Source: Gonapodya sp. JEL0774 (taxonomy: Eukaryota). From it: 64,000 nt of DNA. Below are positions 1-12,190 of this stretch, one piece after another (the stretch's first letter is position 1; every line of letters begins with the position of its first letter). The stretch spans positions 1 to 64,000 of the forward strand of contig JADIIX010000017.1 in NCBI GenBank assembly GCA_027604505.1. Reading direction: 5' to 3'. A model generated the notes under the pieces. The model made no database searches, had not been told where the DNA came from, and saw only the letters and a list, made by a program, of their open reading frames with translations. A program made the position numbers and the translations under genes.

Positions 1-252
1 GGTAAGGCATGACGTGGCCTCTCAGCTGGGAAACAGTTCTCATATGAGAAAATCTCGAGGAAGAAATGTAATGAAAGTCTCAACTAAATTGTGTTCATGT
101 CACAGTACCGCAGTTTGAGGTTATGCTGAGAATACCTTCCAAATTGCATTTGCCATTTGGACTGGACAAGTAAAAATTTGTGCAACAAAGGTGAAGAAAC
201 CGACCCACGGAACTTCGCCCGCATCAAATCCGTCGTGAAAACTTTGAATTCG

Positions 253-3200
253 ATGCCGCCGGTGTCGCCGTCAATGGCGTCTGCGCATTCGCCAACCTCT
301 GTCGCGTTGGCCTCGTCCAATTCCCCCTACGCCGTCATCCTCACTCCCCGTCTTGCCCATCGCTTCTTCAAGCTGCTCGCACTCGCCGCACTCGCAATCA
401 CCGCGCTATCGATCCCTTTCAACTCAAATCCTTGGAGAATCATTACTCTCGGTGTGTTCCCGCTTGTTTTCTGCTCGTGTCGCCCCTCCTGATCCCGAAT
501 CAATCACCTTGTCCTTACTCCAAACACCCATATGTACTCGATCGCACCCCCTTCTCCCCCTCCGACTCTCTTCTTTTCTAGATTTGCTCCACATGTTCTC
601 ATGGTCTTTCTTTTCGGACTCGCTCCTCTCTGTAATCGCAATCATCCCGCTCCTCGTCATTCGAAAACCAAGTCCCCATGGTGAAGTCTCAAGTGCTCTT
701 TTTGTATCGGCACGTCCCATCTCTCAGATTACATATAAACATCTCCACTCTCTCAATGTGCAACCCCCGACTTCCTCCTGCACCATTCACTTTGCACACA
801 CTCCACCCCGTCAACAGACCCCACCCCGCCTCCTTCCCTCCCCCTGCCCGCCTTCCTCCTTGCCCCACTCCGCAGTATTTCCTCCATTTCTGCGTTCGTC
901 ATCTCCGCCCTCCTCACGGTTTATCCCCACGTCAGCTTGCTCACCCCAAAGGTCCTTGGAAACGTCTTCTACTATCCAGAAGGGTGAGTCAAGTCCACAA
1001 ACTTAGCACCAGTGCTCATGTGTAGTTTTTGTTGTCCTCGTGCTCGAGGGAGACAACAGTACCATCTGTGCTGCCCACGGACCAAGGGCACTTGGTGAAG
1101 AGTCCGCGCTGAATGGTCAAGGTACCATTGTGCCGCGTGTGGAAAGGGATTGGTGAACCAACTGGCAGCCAGCTCATCTCCTCCGTCCCTCAGATGGACC
1201 CCGGAGCCTCGATGCGCCAGGGTGCACCATGTTCGCGCGGGCAACTAGAACTCGAACCTAACATTCACTCTCGTCATGGTTACATATATCCATTTTCATT
1301 TTGTTTCGACTCTTTACATCTATATGTTGACTTTGCCCCGTCTTGCCTCTTTCGTTCCCATCTCACGCGGCCCTTCCATCGTGCCCCATCATTTCCTTCT
1401 TGATCCCACACCAACCCACTCGAAAGCATCCACCTCCCCGCCCGCCTCGCCTCCTCACATACCTTTCTCCTTGGATTTGCTCTCGTGCTCGGAATGAGTT
1501 TCTGGGTCCGAGACGTGTACAGGACAACAGGCCGGTGGAGGTTTCCAGTCGTGCAGGTGCGTTGGTGGGGTATGACAACGGGTTGGGGAGCGTGCAACGC
1601 CAGTGGCCGGCGTTGGGGTTTCAAAGTGGTGCTTGAGTGTGTGTGTGTATTACGTGCATGAATGCGTGTGTGTGGGGAGGTTGTGTTCTTTGCAGGGAGA
1701 CAACCTTGATCCGGATGAACATGGGTGATGGGGGAGGGTGGATGATGAGTTGAGAAAGCTGTGATAGATTAAATCAGGATTGTGGAATGGGGTGGAGACA
1801 CATGGAGGATGTTTCCGCTCCACAACTCCGTCACGTCGTATTAGGTCTAGCTGGGTCATCGCCCCTTCGGGACGCATCACGAGGTGGACACCCAGTTGCG
1901 TGTGCTTGTCAGGCTATCGCTGTGAACAATACTCTGGCTGGATGAACTGCGCGTCCACTGACTTCTGTTCCTTGACGCGTCTAACCCCACCCCCAATTTC
2001 CTCCGACATCCATCAGCGCCCCCTCCCCGCCCTTCTCCCCTCTCTGTTTCGCCCACTTCCACTCTCCTCCCTCTACTTTTCCCTCTGTGTTCTCTTCCTC
2101 TACATCGTTGCACACCCCTTCTTCGGCGCGTCATGGTATGCCACAGTGTACCACGCAGCGCGGTGGGCGGGAGGATTGGGATTGTGGGGCGTGGAGTGAG
2201 TTGGATAGGCGTTTTGGTGGGGGGGAATGGTGGCGATAGGTTGTCAAACGGATATTAGACGTATCGGGTGCGACAGATGGACTCACTCGTCTTTCCAACA
2301 ACCCTCCGGCTCCCTCGCCTCCCGCCCTGCCTCCTCGTATGTGCACCTTCATAAGCCTCCACCCCACACCTCGGTACCGGTCGCCGTTGAAGTTGGAGCT
2401 GATTTTGCGGGCCGCTATGGCGGCCTGGCGGGCAGTGTTGTGCTGGGAGGTCGCCGACGCCGTGGTGAAGGGGGGCTTGGGGCAGGTGAGTTGGCAGCGG
2501 GGTGTGGGTGGAGGTAGAGAGGAGCCTGTAGGGAGCGAGATTGAAGCAGGGTGGAGGATGGGAGGGCGTTAAAGAGTACCCGCATGGTGCGGGAGAGCAC
2601 TCCAGGGCAGTGGTATCAGCACCCGCAAATCCCCGCAACCACTCACCCCACTTTGCTCCTGTCTTCATCCACAGGCGGTCCACGTCTCCCACCTCAGTGC
2701 AGACCCCACCGGGTGTATCGCGTCTGGAATAGCAATGAGAGGATGGCCGTACTATCAGGTGGATGCACCACGAATGGGTTGGTAGTGGCTCGTTGAAATG
2801 TGAACCCGGGCCCCCGTCCCTTTCCCATCTCATGCTGTAGAGTCTCGCCCTCCTCGAACTCTCCACGCTCGTCACTTCCCCGCGCCGGCGGCTGGCAATT
2901 TACAACGATATCGACAGACAGCCCACTGGTTGGAAAAAACTTTGTGACTCGTTGCTCGTGGTAGTGGAACGGTGGACAGAGAGGGTGGAAAGGGAAGGTG
3001 AGTATGTGGGAGTGAAGTGGTAGTGGTGTTCCGTTGTTGAAGAGGATATTACACCTTGGACGTCACCGCGATGAGATCTAACATTGTTGGTTTTCCATCC
3101 CAAGCGAGTGGGATCACACAACCTACACCCGATCCTACACTAGCTCCCCCTCCTACAGCCCTCACCTCCCCTCTGACGCAACTGGCGGGGAGCTTACCCG

Positions 3201-4343
3201 TCTCCCCTCGCCCGACCTTGGGCTACGCGCCCGCTGCTGGGTATACTCCTATACCCGTGAAAACGGCCCTCACATCAGATATTCTCTCGCCCCGCAAACC
3301 CTCTACCCTCGACACTATCTTATTGGCGTCACAGACGAAGACAAAACCCGATACTGCACCGTCGGCACCTCCAGTGCTTGAAACGCCTGCGTTTGCCCCC
3401 TTTGCCGCAGCCTCGACGGCAGTCTTTTCCGCTCTCCCGGCATCCATCGCCTCCACATCCATGTCCTTGTCGTCCGCCCCCGCAGCAGATACCTATGCGT
3501 CCCCGCGCTCGCCTTCCTCCTTCGCCTTCCCTTTTAACCCTTCCGAAGCACCTCCAACCATACCGGCTCTTCTCCGTCCCGCAAACGACTTATCCTCCAC
3601 CACCACGCCCCTTCGCCGACGACCCATCTCCTCAACAACTACTCCCGCGCCCCCTCCCGCACCGACATCTCCTCTCGCTACCCTCTCCCCGCGAATCGCC
3701 AAACTGGCCGAAACTGCCTCACGGGACCCGGCGGCTGTGGTGGAGGGCATTCCGTGGGGCAGATGGTTGGTGAACGCTGCGAGGAGATGGAGGGCGCGAC
3801 AGGTCGTGGCAGGTGGTCAAGGCGTGGGGTGGGCTGTGGAATGTGAGTTGGCTTCGTATTCTCTTGAGAGCGTTGTCTCTACAACTAACAAGGTCAATCA
3901 ACTCCACTCCCCAGCCCTGTCCCTTTTAGCCTCCCAATCCATCACTGAAGACCCCTGGGGCACAGTCCAACAAGACGTGCCGCGCATCTTGACGGCACTC
4001 GTAAGATGCGGGGATGCGGTGGACGCATATGGAAGAGTTGTAGGGAGTGGGGTGGGGGAGGACGATGGGTTGGAGGTGTTGGGGGTCGAAGGCAAAGAAG
4101 TGGGCGGAGGTGGGTGCCAGCCGTGTTCGAGTTTGACAAACTTTTATTAGATTGTTTTCATCACATGTACCTCCTTGCCCTAACTTTCATTGCGCTGGTG
4201 TACCCTGATACTTGGAATCTTCTCCAGCCGTCAAACTCGCCATCTACTCGATAGTCACAGCCTTCTGGGATCACCTCAGTGTGTTGAAACTGGACGAGCG
4301 GACCCGCATCGCTGTGAAGGCGTATGGAGAGTTCCGAGTGTGA
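253..4343 (+). CDS. NDC1: Transmembrane nucleoporin Ndc1 (multi-exon)
   Basis: Hydrophobic N-terminal exons; exon near 2841 reads SLALLELSTLVTSPRRRLAIYNDIDRQPTGWKKLCDSLL; C-terminal ALSLLASQSITEDPWGTVQQDVPRIL and AIYSIVTAFWDHL match Ndc1 motifs (S.TED.YG.VQ; AIY.I...F). ATG 253, TGA 4341-4343. Confidence 0.85.
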
Positions 4344-4737
4344 CGCAAGAATGCATGAAGGGTACGGTCAGTGGTAGATACCCAGGCGAGAGATTCGCGT
4401 GCATATGGTCGAAGTATGGAAACGGGGAGACTGTCCGCGAAACAATTTTGCTGCAACATTTGTGCATCAAATTTGTACAAGCTAATCAAATACCCAATTC
4501 AATTGATACCAAGCGAGATGATGATGTATCCCCCCCCCCGATGTTCTGTCCACGTCCTGTGCACTCTTTGCCACTGCCTGATCCGAACAAGAATTGTTAC
4601 AGGGACAAATCACTTGTATTGTGGGTGATTTGTACAGATACGCCAAAATTCGATTTATTTACATAGTTGGGTTGCTCAGAAGGAATGCTACCATGAAAGC
4701 AAGCCCCAAATCACCAACTTTGCCGAGCCTCCTCATG

Positions 4738-6370
4738 CTACCCAAACAAGTTCTTCGGTTCGTCGCCGGCCATACTCCCTTCCTGCTCTTCTCGATACCG
4801 GCGATATGCTTCGCGGAGGTGGTCGGGTCGTAACTGGCCAGTGTCGGACCAATCTTTCTGGGCTTCTTTGGCTATTGTAGGTGGTGTGATGCGATTATAG
4901 GGTGGGAGGGCAGGGGAGGACGGGTTTTTAGAGAAATGTAAAGAAATGGTAGCGATGAGCTCAACGGAGTGCCAATCAAACAGTTGACCGGGAGTGCCCA
5001 ATTGGTCGGCGAGCGCCGGATCGTGTACTCACCGCGTTCGACAATTTCCCCCGCAAAGACTTTTGCGGCGGACGATATGGCGATGATGACGTTTTTGGTT
5101 GCGGTTTGGCCGGTGATGTTGGAGACGATCTGGTCGGAGAAGCGGTGGCGGGGCAGACAGGTGTCGAGGAGGGCGGGGGTTTCGTTACAGAAAATGTTGG
5201 GGTGGGTCGACTGTTCGCTCACAGGGTGCGCCGCCACCAACCTTCTTGATCACGTTATCGGGTATCTTGGTTCGCCGGTATGTTTCCATGCGCTTCCACT
5301 CTTCCTCGGACATTTGTTTAAAGAGAGCGCTAGGGTTGCGGGATTGTGTGAGTTGGCAGGTAGTGGGAGGAATGGAGAGGGATAGATACGTGAGATTCAA
5401 GGGGGTTGTGGAGGTGGTGTTGCTCTCTTGTGTTGAGTTATTAGAGCGACCTCCATTCATTGTTCGAATTCCGAGTTCGAAACGGGTCACCACCTCATCC
5501 AAAATCTAGTACGGGTGCCCTTGGCTTCACGCGATGAACTTTTGTCAGTGCGGATGCGGATGGGTCGAAACGCGCTTCTCCTGGAATTCACAGATAGCTC
5601 CGACGATCTAGGCCCGCAGCTAGTCTTGAAAGGATGTCCCTCACAACCCCGTCGGGTAGGCTCCATGTCAGATCCCGAACCCCTTCGCCCACCCGGCAAA
5701 ACACCAGGAACACGCACGTTCTGGCACCTGTTTGTTGATCCGAGCTCTTGTAGAGCAGCTTCTGCACGTCCTGGAACGTGGGGTCCAGTACCTCGTCCTC
5801 GTCTTCGTCGAGCGTGTCGGGTGCCGGCGCGGCACCCGGTGCGGGAAGGAAGCCCGGTGGGAGACCACCTTGCTGAGAAGTGGCACCTGATTGGGATGGT
5901 TGGGAGTTGGGGTGCTGGGAGGATGGACCGGCGAAGGTAGAGGTGGTGGATTGTGAGTTTGGGAGGGAAGAGTCGACGGGAGAGTTGGCGCGGGACTTCT
6001 TGCGAGGAATTGAGGGTCCAGATTTTGGTTCCGGTTTAAGCTGGCCGGGGAGGAGAGGTTGGTTGGGGTCTCCCACATCCTTCTTCTTGCGCGGAGCACG
6101 GGGTTTCTTTGCGGGAGGGGTGCCGGGCCCGTCAGCGGTGTCGGGAGCCCGTCGTTTGACCGACTGTTTTGGCGGGCGTTTGACAGTTTCCTGAAGCGGA
6201 AAATTGAGTAGCTGGGGCGGTTGCGCGGGTGCGACGGACGGACCGAAGAGACCTGCGAACGGGTCGAAATTGGGGGGCGGAACGGGCGGCGGAAGTTGGA
6301 CTTGAGGAATTTGCGGCAGAAAAGAAGAAGCGGTGGAAGAGGAAGACGGGGGAAGTCCGAGTGGATTCAT
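4738..6370 (-). CDS. TAF11: TFIID subunit TAF11 (histone fold, TAFII28-like), multi-exon
   Basis: Pro-rich N-terminus, then exons MSEEEWKRMETYRRTKI / IVSNITGQTATKNVIIAISSAAKVFAGEIVER / GQLRPDHLREAYRRY, the TAF11 signature. Confidence 0.9.
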
Positions 6371-6508
6371 TCTAGGCGCTTTTTGAACTTGGGAGTGGAG
6401 CTGAAGTGCAACACCATGACCCCGCGCTTCCTTCATTTTTAAACCATATCTCCCGAAATAGACAAATACGGTCAAAATCTATTCTTGAGTCCAAGTACAT
6501 CTCCAATA

Positions 6509-7870
6509 TTATTGCTTGTTTGCTACAGTGGCAAGTAATCGCACCAAATCAGTGTTCCCTGTTCGCTCTGCCCGCTGCACTACCAAGTCATTCACCGCGA
6601 TGGAAGCGTTCGCACCCCTCTCAATCAACAACTTCACAATCTCCACCTGCTGTCTCTCAATTGCCCACCGAAGCGGGCGTTCGTGGTTGGTGTGGAGGTC
6701 GGCACCGTGGTCCAGCAACAAGCTGACAACGTCAGAATGACCGTGGACGCATGCTTGATGGAGAGCATCATTTTTCTGGGCATGGACATCTGCTCCTTTG
6801 GTGAGAAGTACCTTCACAACTCCTATGTGTCCTTTCTGGCACGCAGTGCGAAAGGCCAGGTTTCTGTTGGCGTGGATATCGACTCCCCTTTCAGCCAAAA
6901 GCTCTACGATACTGGCACGACCTTCTTCTACGGCCTCATTGAACGTGTTCCTCAATGCATTCGGTGTTTGTAGGTACATTTTGCCAGCATCGGAATCCAG
7001 AAGAGTTCGTGCAGCTTCTGTGTGGCCTTGCTGACACGCAATGTGGAAAGAGTCGAATGCTCCCGACTCAATCAATGCTCCCTTGCTGAGCAAATAAGAG
7101 ATTACATCGACAGCACCTCTTTCGCAAGCGGACATCAGGGCCATGGCAATGGCTCGTGGACTGAAGTGTTGGCTGGTGTCCAGTATCAGCGCAACAAGCT
7201 CCAACTGTCCCCAACTGCTGGCAATAGATAGGACTTCATCACCTATGTGACTCAGATCCGCTCCCCAGTTCAAAAGCGAGCGAACAGCTTCTGTATGTCC
7301 ACCGACCGCCGCTTGGTAAATGGCAGCATCATCGTGGGCATGAACATTGGCTCCAGCGTTCAATAGTAGCTCAACAAGGGTCAAATGTCCGTTCTGTGAT
7401 GCGACCAACAAGGCCTCGTTCAGCACAAGACGGCGTTGGTCCACCCCGGCTCTCAAGAGCATATCAACCCGCTTTTGGTCACCTGCTTCGCACGCCAGGA
7501 CGAAAGTGTAATCTAAATGTCCTTTCATGGCATCGCAAAGCTGAATGAGAATATCTGTAGCTGGGATTCGCTGTTCCCGGCGACTCGCAGCACTACTGCG
7601 AAATTCGCCCAGGAGAGCTCGTGCGGGTTCTCCGAAACGAGCGAGAGCTCGCCTGGCAATGGACGACGGGCGATAGAAAAGCTCGAACAGGTGCGTATTC
7701 AGGGCATCTGTGGGAAGTCCGAGAGGATAATCAGTCCACAGTAGCCCGACCTTCTCCTGAATCTCGGTTGGGAGGGCGAGGAAAGAAAAGCGAGGAGACG
7801 AATCGGATGCGGTGGAAGTGTCCGCACGCGTGGCACGTGGTTTCAATGGATCGCTGTTTACGTCTTGCAT
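6509..7870 (-). CDS. Intronless ankyrin-repeat protein with N-terminal F-box-like motif
   Basis: Single ORF with about 9-10 ankyrin repeats (e.g. ALLVASQNGHLTLVELLLNAGANVHA) and FLALPTEIQEKV near the N-terminus; first ATG at 7870. Confidence 0.85.
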   Translation of the reverse strand: MQDVNSDPLKPRATRADTSTASDSSPRFSFLALPTEIQEKVGLLWTDYPLGLPTDALNTHLFELFYRPSSIARRALARFGEPARALLGEFRSSAASRREQRIPATDILIQLCDAMKGHLDYTFVLACEAGDQKRVDMLLRAGVDQRRLVLNEALLVASQNGHLTLVELLLNAGANVHAHDDAAIYQAAVGGHTEAVRSLLNWGADLSHIGDEVLSIASSWGQLELVALILDTSQHFSPRAIAMALMSACERGAVDVISYLLSKGALIESGAFDSFHIACQQGHTEAARTLLDSDAGKMYLQTPNALRNTFNEAVEEGRASIVELLAERGVDIHANRNLAFRTACQKGHIGVVKVLLTKGADVHAQKNDALHQACVHGHSDVVSLLLDHGADLHTNHERPLRWAIERQQVEIVKLLIERGANASIAVNDLVVQRAERTGNTDLVRLLATVANKQ

Positions 7871-7980
7871 GGTGTGCCCCGAAGACCATTGGGTGTAAAA
7901 TCTGCGGCATGTACAATTTATGCAATTCACTATGAACAGCTGCCGAAACCATCGCACACTTTTATCAACTGCCAAAGAGT

Positions 7981-8606
7981 ATGCTCACGACTGCAGACGA
8001 TGGGTCCGCTCCAATCTTAGCTGGTACGCTTTCTTTGTGCCCGTCTTTGTCCAGCTCCCCCTTTCTACCGTCGCCCCAAGTGACTGATCACATTATGGGG
8101 TCCTACCATATCCCCATCTAGACTCAACCTCTGCAGACGCAAAGTTCATGAACATCGCTATCGCAGAAGCCCTCAAATCCATCCCCGTCGAAGCTGCCTA
8201 CTGCGTCGGCGCTGTACTCGTCTCCTCCTCAGGCTCCGTCCTCTCCACCGGGTACTCCCGTGAACTCCCCGGCAACACCCATGCAGAACAGTGTGCCCTC
8301 GCTAAGCTGTCTGACATTTCTCTTGCCAAAGGCGGCACAATGTACTCCACGATGGAACCCTGCAGCGTCCGGTTGTCGGGAAATCCACCTTGCGCACAAA
8401 GCTTGGTCGCCGCCGGGGTCGCTCGAGTCGTCGTCGGCGTTATGGAACCGCCGGATCTGGTTGTGTGCGATGGGGTGCGCATACTGAGTGATGGTGGAAT
8501 AAAGGTGGACAGAATCAATGGGTTCGAGGAGAGGTGTCTCGCCCCAAACGCTCACATCTTGGCAGCTTCAAAGGAGAAGGACCTCAGGCATAGCACACAC
8601 CGATGA
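7981..8606 (+). CDS. Zn-dependent cytidine-deaminase-fold protein, Rib2/RibD-type DRAP deaminase domain
   Basis: HAEQC and MEPCSVRLSGNPPC zinc motifs, GYSRELPGNTHAE. Exon 1 7981-8023 splices in frame (intron 8024-8121) to the 8148 ORF. Confidence 0.85.
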
Positions 8607-9194
8607 ACGCCGTATACAGTGTGTGAGCTGTTGAAGGTGTGGAGCTAAACGGAGCACAACGTGATTCCGATGGACATCGGGCCAACAAAGCAGTTATGGA
8701 GCTCTCCACGTTTTGTGGAATTTGACTGGTTCAGGTGGACCCAAGTGCGACATTATTCTATGTTGTGGATAGCACTCATACTGCAGCGGAGCTCCAATAT
8801 TAAAGAAGACGAGGATGGGATCGGTTAGATCCTTCACAGGTTATAGTTTCTTTGTAAGGTCTTAATGCGTCACAGTAATTCATCGCGCGCTGTCACAACA
8901 ACCTTGCAGCAATAGTCTCCACAAACGTTGGAGGCTCGATGTTTCTACCCCGGGTCCTCACTCGAGTGGTTAGCAAGGGGGTGCAACCAAGAACACCATT
9001 ATGTATGTAATTTGTAAGGATCATATTCGATATCACTTATCACACGTCTGCTGCCTTCTTCCCTAAATCTTTTCTATCCCTTCACGAATTGACTGCAGTG
9101 TTGTCCTTACTTTAGCTGTGGGGTGTCCAAAACTATGAATTTCATTACCTTCTTCATGGGCCCGTCTTCTCGTCAGCCGCTCCCCACTCCAACC

Positions 9195-10888
9195 ATGATA
9201 TCTCGCGGACTCCCCGTACGTCCGCCGAATCACATCAGAAATTGCATGGGCACGTGTCTGGCTTCCCAGCGGATCATCCACATCTCCCGCCTGTCCTGCT
9301 CCCCTCTGCGCTGTCACACTCTTATCTGCACCCCATGTCCACGTCATCACTCCACCCCTTCGCATCCCGCCTCCGTCGCGTTTTCTTCATCACTCTCAAC
9401 TCAATCCCCTCCCGCCCCATCACCTCGCCCCACGATCTCCTCCCTCATCGTATCTCACGCTCCCCCTTCTACGGTCCCTTACCTCCACCTCATCCGCTTC
9501 GACAAACCCATCGGCACAGCACTCCTCCTCCTGCCCTGCACCTGGTCCATCGGCATGGCGACCTACGCCGCCGCCGGCTCGGTCACACTCGGCAGCGCGA
9601 TCGGCACGTCGGCCCTCTTCGCCGTAGGGGCTTTGGTCATGAGGGGCGCGGGGTGCACTGTAAACGATATGTGGGATGTAAAGTTCGATAGGATGGTGAG
9701 CTGTGTATACGGTGGGCGTACGGCTATTTCGCGTAGGGAGTTACAGGAGTTGCAACTCACTGGGACGTGCCGACTTGGAACATAACGGAGCTGTATTGCT
9801 ACAGAGAGCTATGCGGAGGATGATGGAGTACCGCTTGCGAGCTTGTCGTGCACTGTGTGCATCCCCTGCAACTCATCTCACCACTCCTTGCCGACACTTC
9901 ACAGGTAGAACGAACACGGACCCGCCCACTCGCATCAGGGGCCATCACCTACCCACAAGCGTGGGCATTTCTCGCAGCGCAACTTACGGTTGGCTTAGGT
10001 GTGCTGCTGCAACTAAACTGGTACAGGTGTGTAGTGACACGGAACCAAGCGGTCTGAAATAATATATTCCGTTTTCATGGTTTTGGGAGATGTGGGCTTG
10101 CGAAACGATCACAAACAACAGACACAATGCGTTTCACTTATAGCTGCGACGCTCTTGCCAAATTTGATTCTCACCTTAATCACATCACCATCACGCAAAC
10201 CAACCTTCCTACCACCCACTCTTCAGCATCGTTCTGGGCGCCTCCTCGCTCACACTCGTTGCAACCTACCCGCTCATGAAGCGCGTCACCTACTGGCCAC
10301 AAGCTGTCCTCGGACTCACCTTCAACTGGGGCGCTTTGCTGGGGTGGTCCGCGGTGGTCGGTCAGGTGGACTGGAGCGTATGCTTACCACTGTATTTCGG
10401 CGGCGTGTGTTGGACATTGGTGTATGACACCATTTACGCATTGCAGGTAGGTAGACTCAAAGCGTAGGAGGTTATAACTGAGGAAGGAGTGCGCCTATAT
10501 CTGCCCTACACCTGCCATTCAGGACAAGAAGGACGACATCCTCGCCGGCGTCAAATCCACCGCCCTCCGCTTCGGAACCTACTCCAACACTCTTCGCTGG
10601 CTGTCTTTCTTTGGCGTCTCCGCCATCTCCCTCTTTGCCCTCGCGGGCATACAGAATGGGCAAGGTTGGCCTTACTTTGCTGGTGTCGCTGCGGCTGGTG
10701 CTCACGTTGCCTGGCAGCTGCGGACACTGAGATGGGATAATGTCGGAGATGCGCTGGCGAAGTTTAAGAGCAATAAGTGGCTCGGAGTAGTCGTTTTGGG
10801 TGGGATTGTGGGGGACATTGGACTCCAGCAGTGGCAAGGGAAGCGAAACAAGGTACCTGTTGATCCACACCAATCTATGTCGGTATAG
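9195..10888 (+). CDS. COQ2: 4-hydroxybenzoate polyprenyltransferase (UbiA family), mitochondrial
   Basis: [83 protein letters not shown]; Arg/Ser-rich presequence-like start. Confidence 0.95.
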
Positions 10889-11033
10889 GAGTAGCTTCAT
10901 GTATATATTGAAAGTGATCATTCAAAAAGTGCACGTCTATGATGTCCAGGCGACCGATGTGTTGCATGTATTATCACCCTCGTCAGACAAACGATACCCT
11001 CCCCATTTACATTGTCCTCTCCTTCTTTCTTCT

Positions 11034-11810
11034 TCAGAACGCTGGCCACCAAGTGATCAATCCGGCACTGACCGCGATACCCGAGGCAGTTGCTGTTTGC
11101 ACAATCACGAGAAACCAAATGAGCCCCAGTCTACAGACTCCGACAATCCCCATTCATACTCACTGAAAGCGTCCATAAGCAACACGCTCGGCTCTCGATG
11201 CTGCCAGACGAGCTGCTCCACCAGTGTTGGACCCGCAATGATGCCCCAAATCATGAGAGAAAATCCAGCAGCCTCGCCTGGGGCGACGATCTTGAGTTCT
11301 TTCAAAAGCAAAGCGAGGGCAAAATTCTTAGCAAATTTCACTCCCGTGGATGGGAGGTACATCTGATTGTGGTGCGATGTGATTGAACGAAATAGGACGG
11401 TCGATGACGTATTCGAACGCACCTTCCTCATGGTTTCAGTAGAACTCTTGTACCCCCACTCACCACCAGTGGCTGCCGCGACATCTTTGCCTTCCTTAAG
11501 AACACTACGGTGGTATTCATTGGGGAACAGAACGCGATACTTGAGGAATGTGAGAAATTGAAAAAGAGAATCGCATTCATCAAAAAGAGAGTTGATATGT
11601 TGATATACATAGACGACAGTCACAAAAGCGAGAGTGGTATACGCACGATGGTGTATCCAATTAGCTGTTCACCGAGAGATGCTCCTGAGAAGACGACGGA
11701 GAGTCCAGGGGCGGAGTTAGCATGGGACCGTTGTTGCGGAGGAACTACGGATAGACTGAGGTACGGAGTAACGGCTTACCAAGAACTGGGATAAGGTTGA
11801 TTGACGACAT
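11034..11810 (-). CDS. Small multi-pass membrane protein, DUF1761-like (about 5 exons)
   Basis: Spliced model MSSINLIPVL-GASLGEQLIGYTI-YRVLFPNEY...-AGFSLMIWGIIAGPTLVEQLVWQHREPSVLLMDAF-TTASGIAVSAGLITWWPAF*; hydrophobic pattern resembles DUF1761. Confidence 0.6.
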
Positions 11811-12190
11811 GGTTGTTTGAATATCGAACCTGGATCGTGGTCGTATTTATGTGATCAAGGAGTCTGTGAACACTCACGTCAGTTCTATCAAAAACAAAAG
11901 AAGGAAACCCTCCTTTGATCCCCATAATTACAGCATTACCTTCAAAGGTCAATGGGATTGCGAATGAGGGACAGAATTCTCAAGTCCTCTCTTACGTTTG
12001 CCTGAATGCAAGGAATTGACCGATTGGCATCCTCCGAATACATGCGTTCTGTGACAACAAATGAAATAGAGTGGGCTCAAAGCAGTGAAGAATGCGCAAA
12101 ATTGGTTGCAATATCAATGTGAAAGTTGAGTTTGACAACTGTCACTCATATGGGCAGGGGGGTTTCGTGAGCAATTGTGCCATCATCTTC

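Noticed and set aside
1741..1770. U3-snoRNA-like words (GATGATGA, GAGTTGAGAAA) in an NDC1 intron
   Set aside because: No box A/A' upstream, and the nearest downstream CTGA is about 210 nt away and looks like a branch-site word.
8607..9190. Relatively large intergenic gap with a 52-codon + strand ORF and small hairpins
   Set aside because: No recognisable protein motif, splice model or RNA-gene signature.
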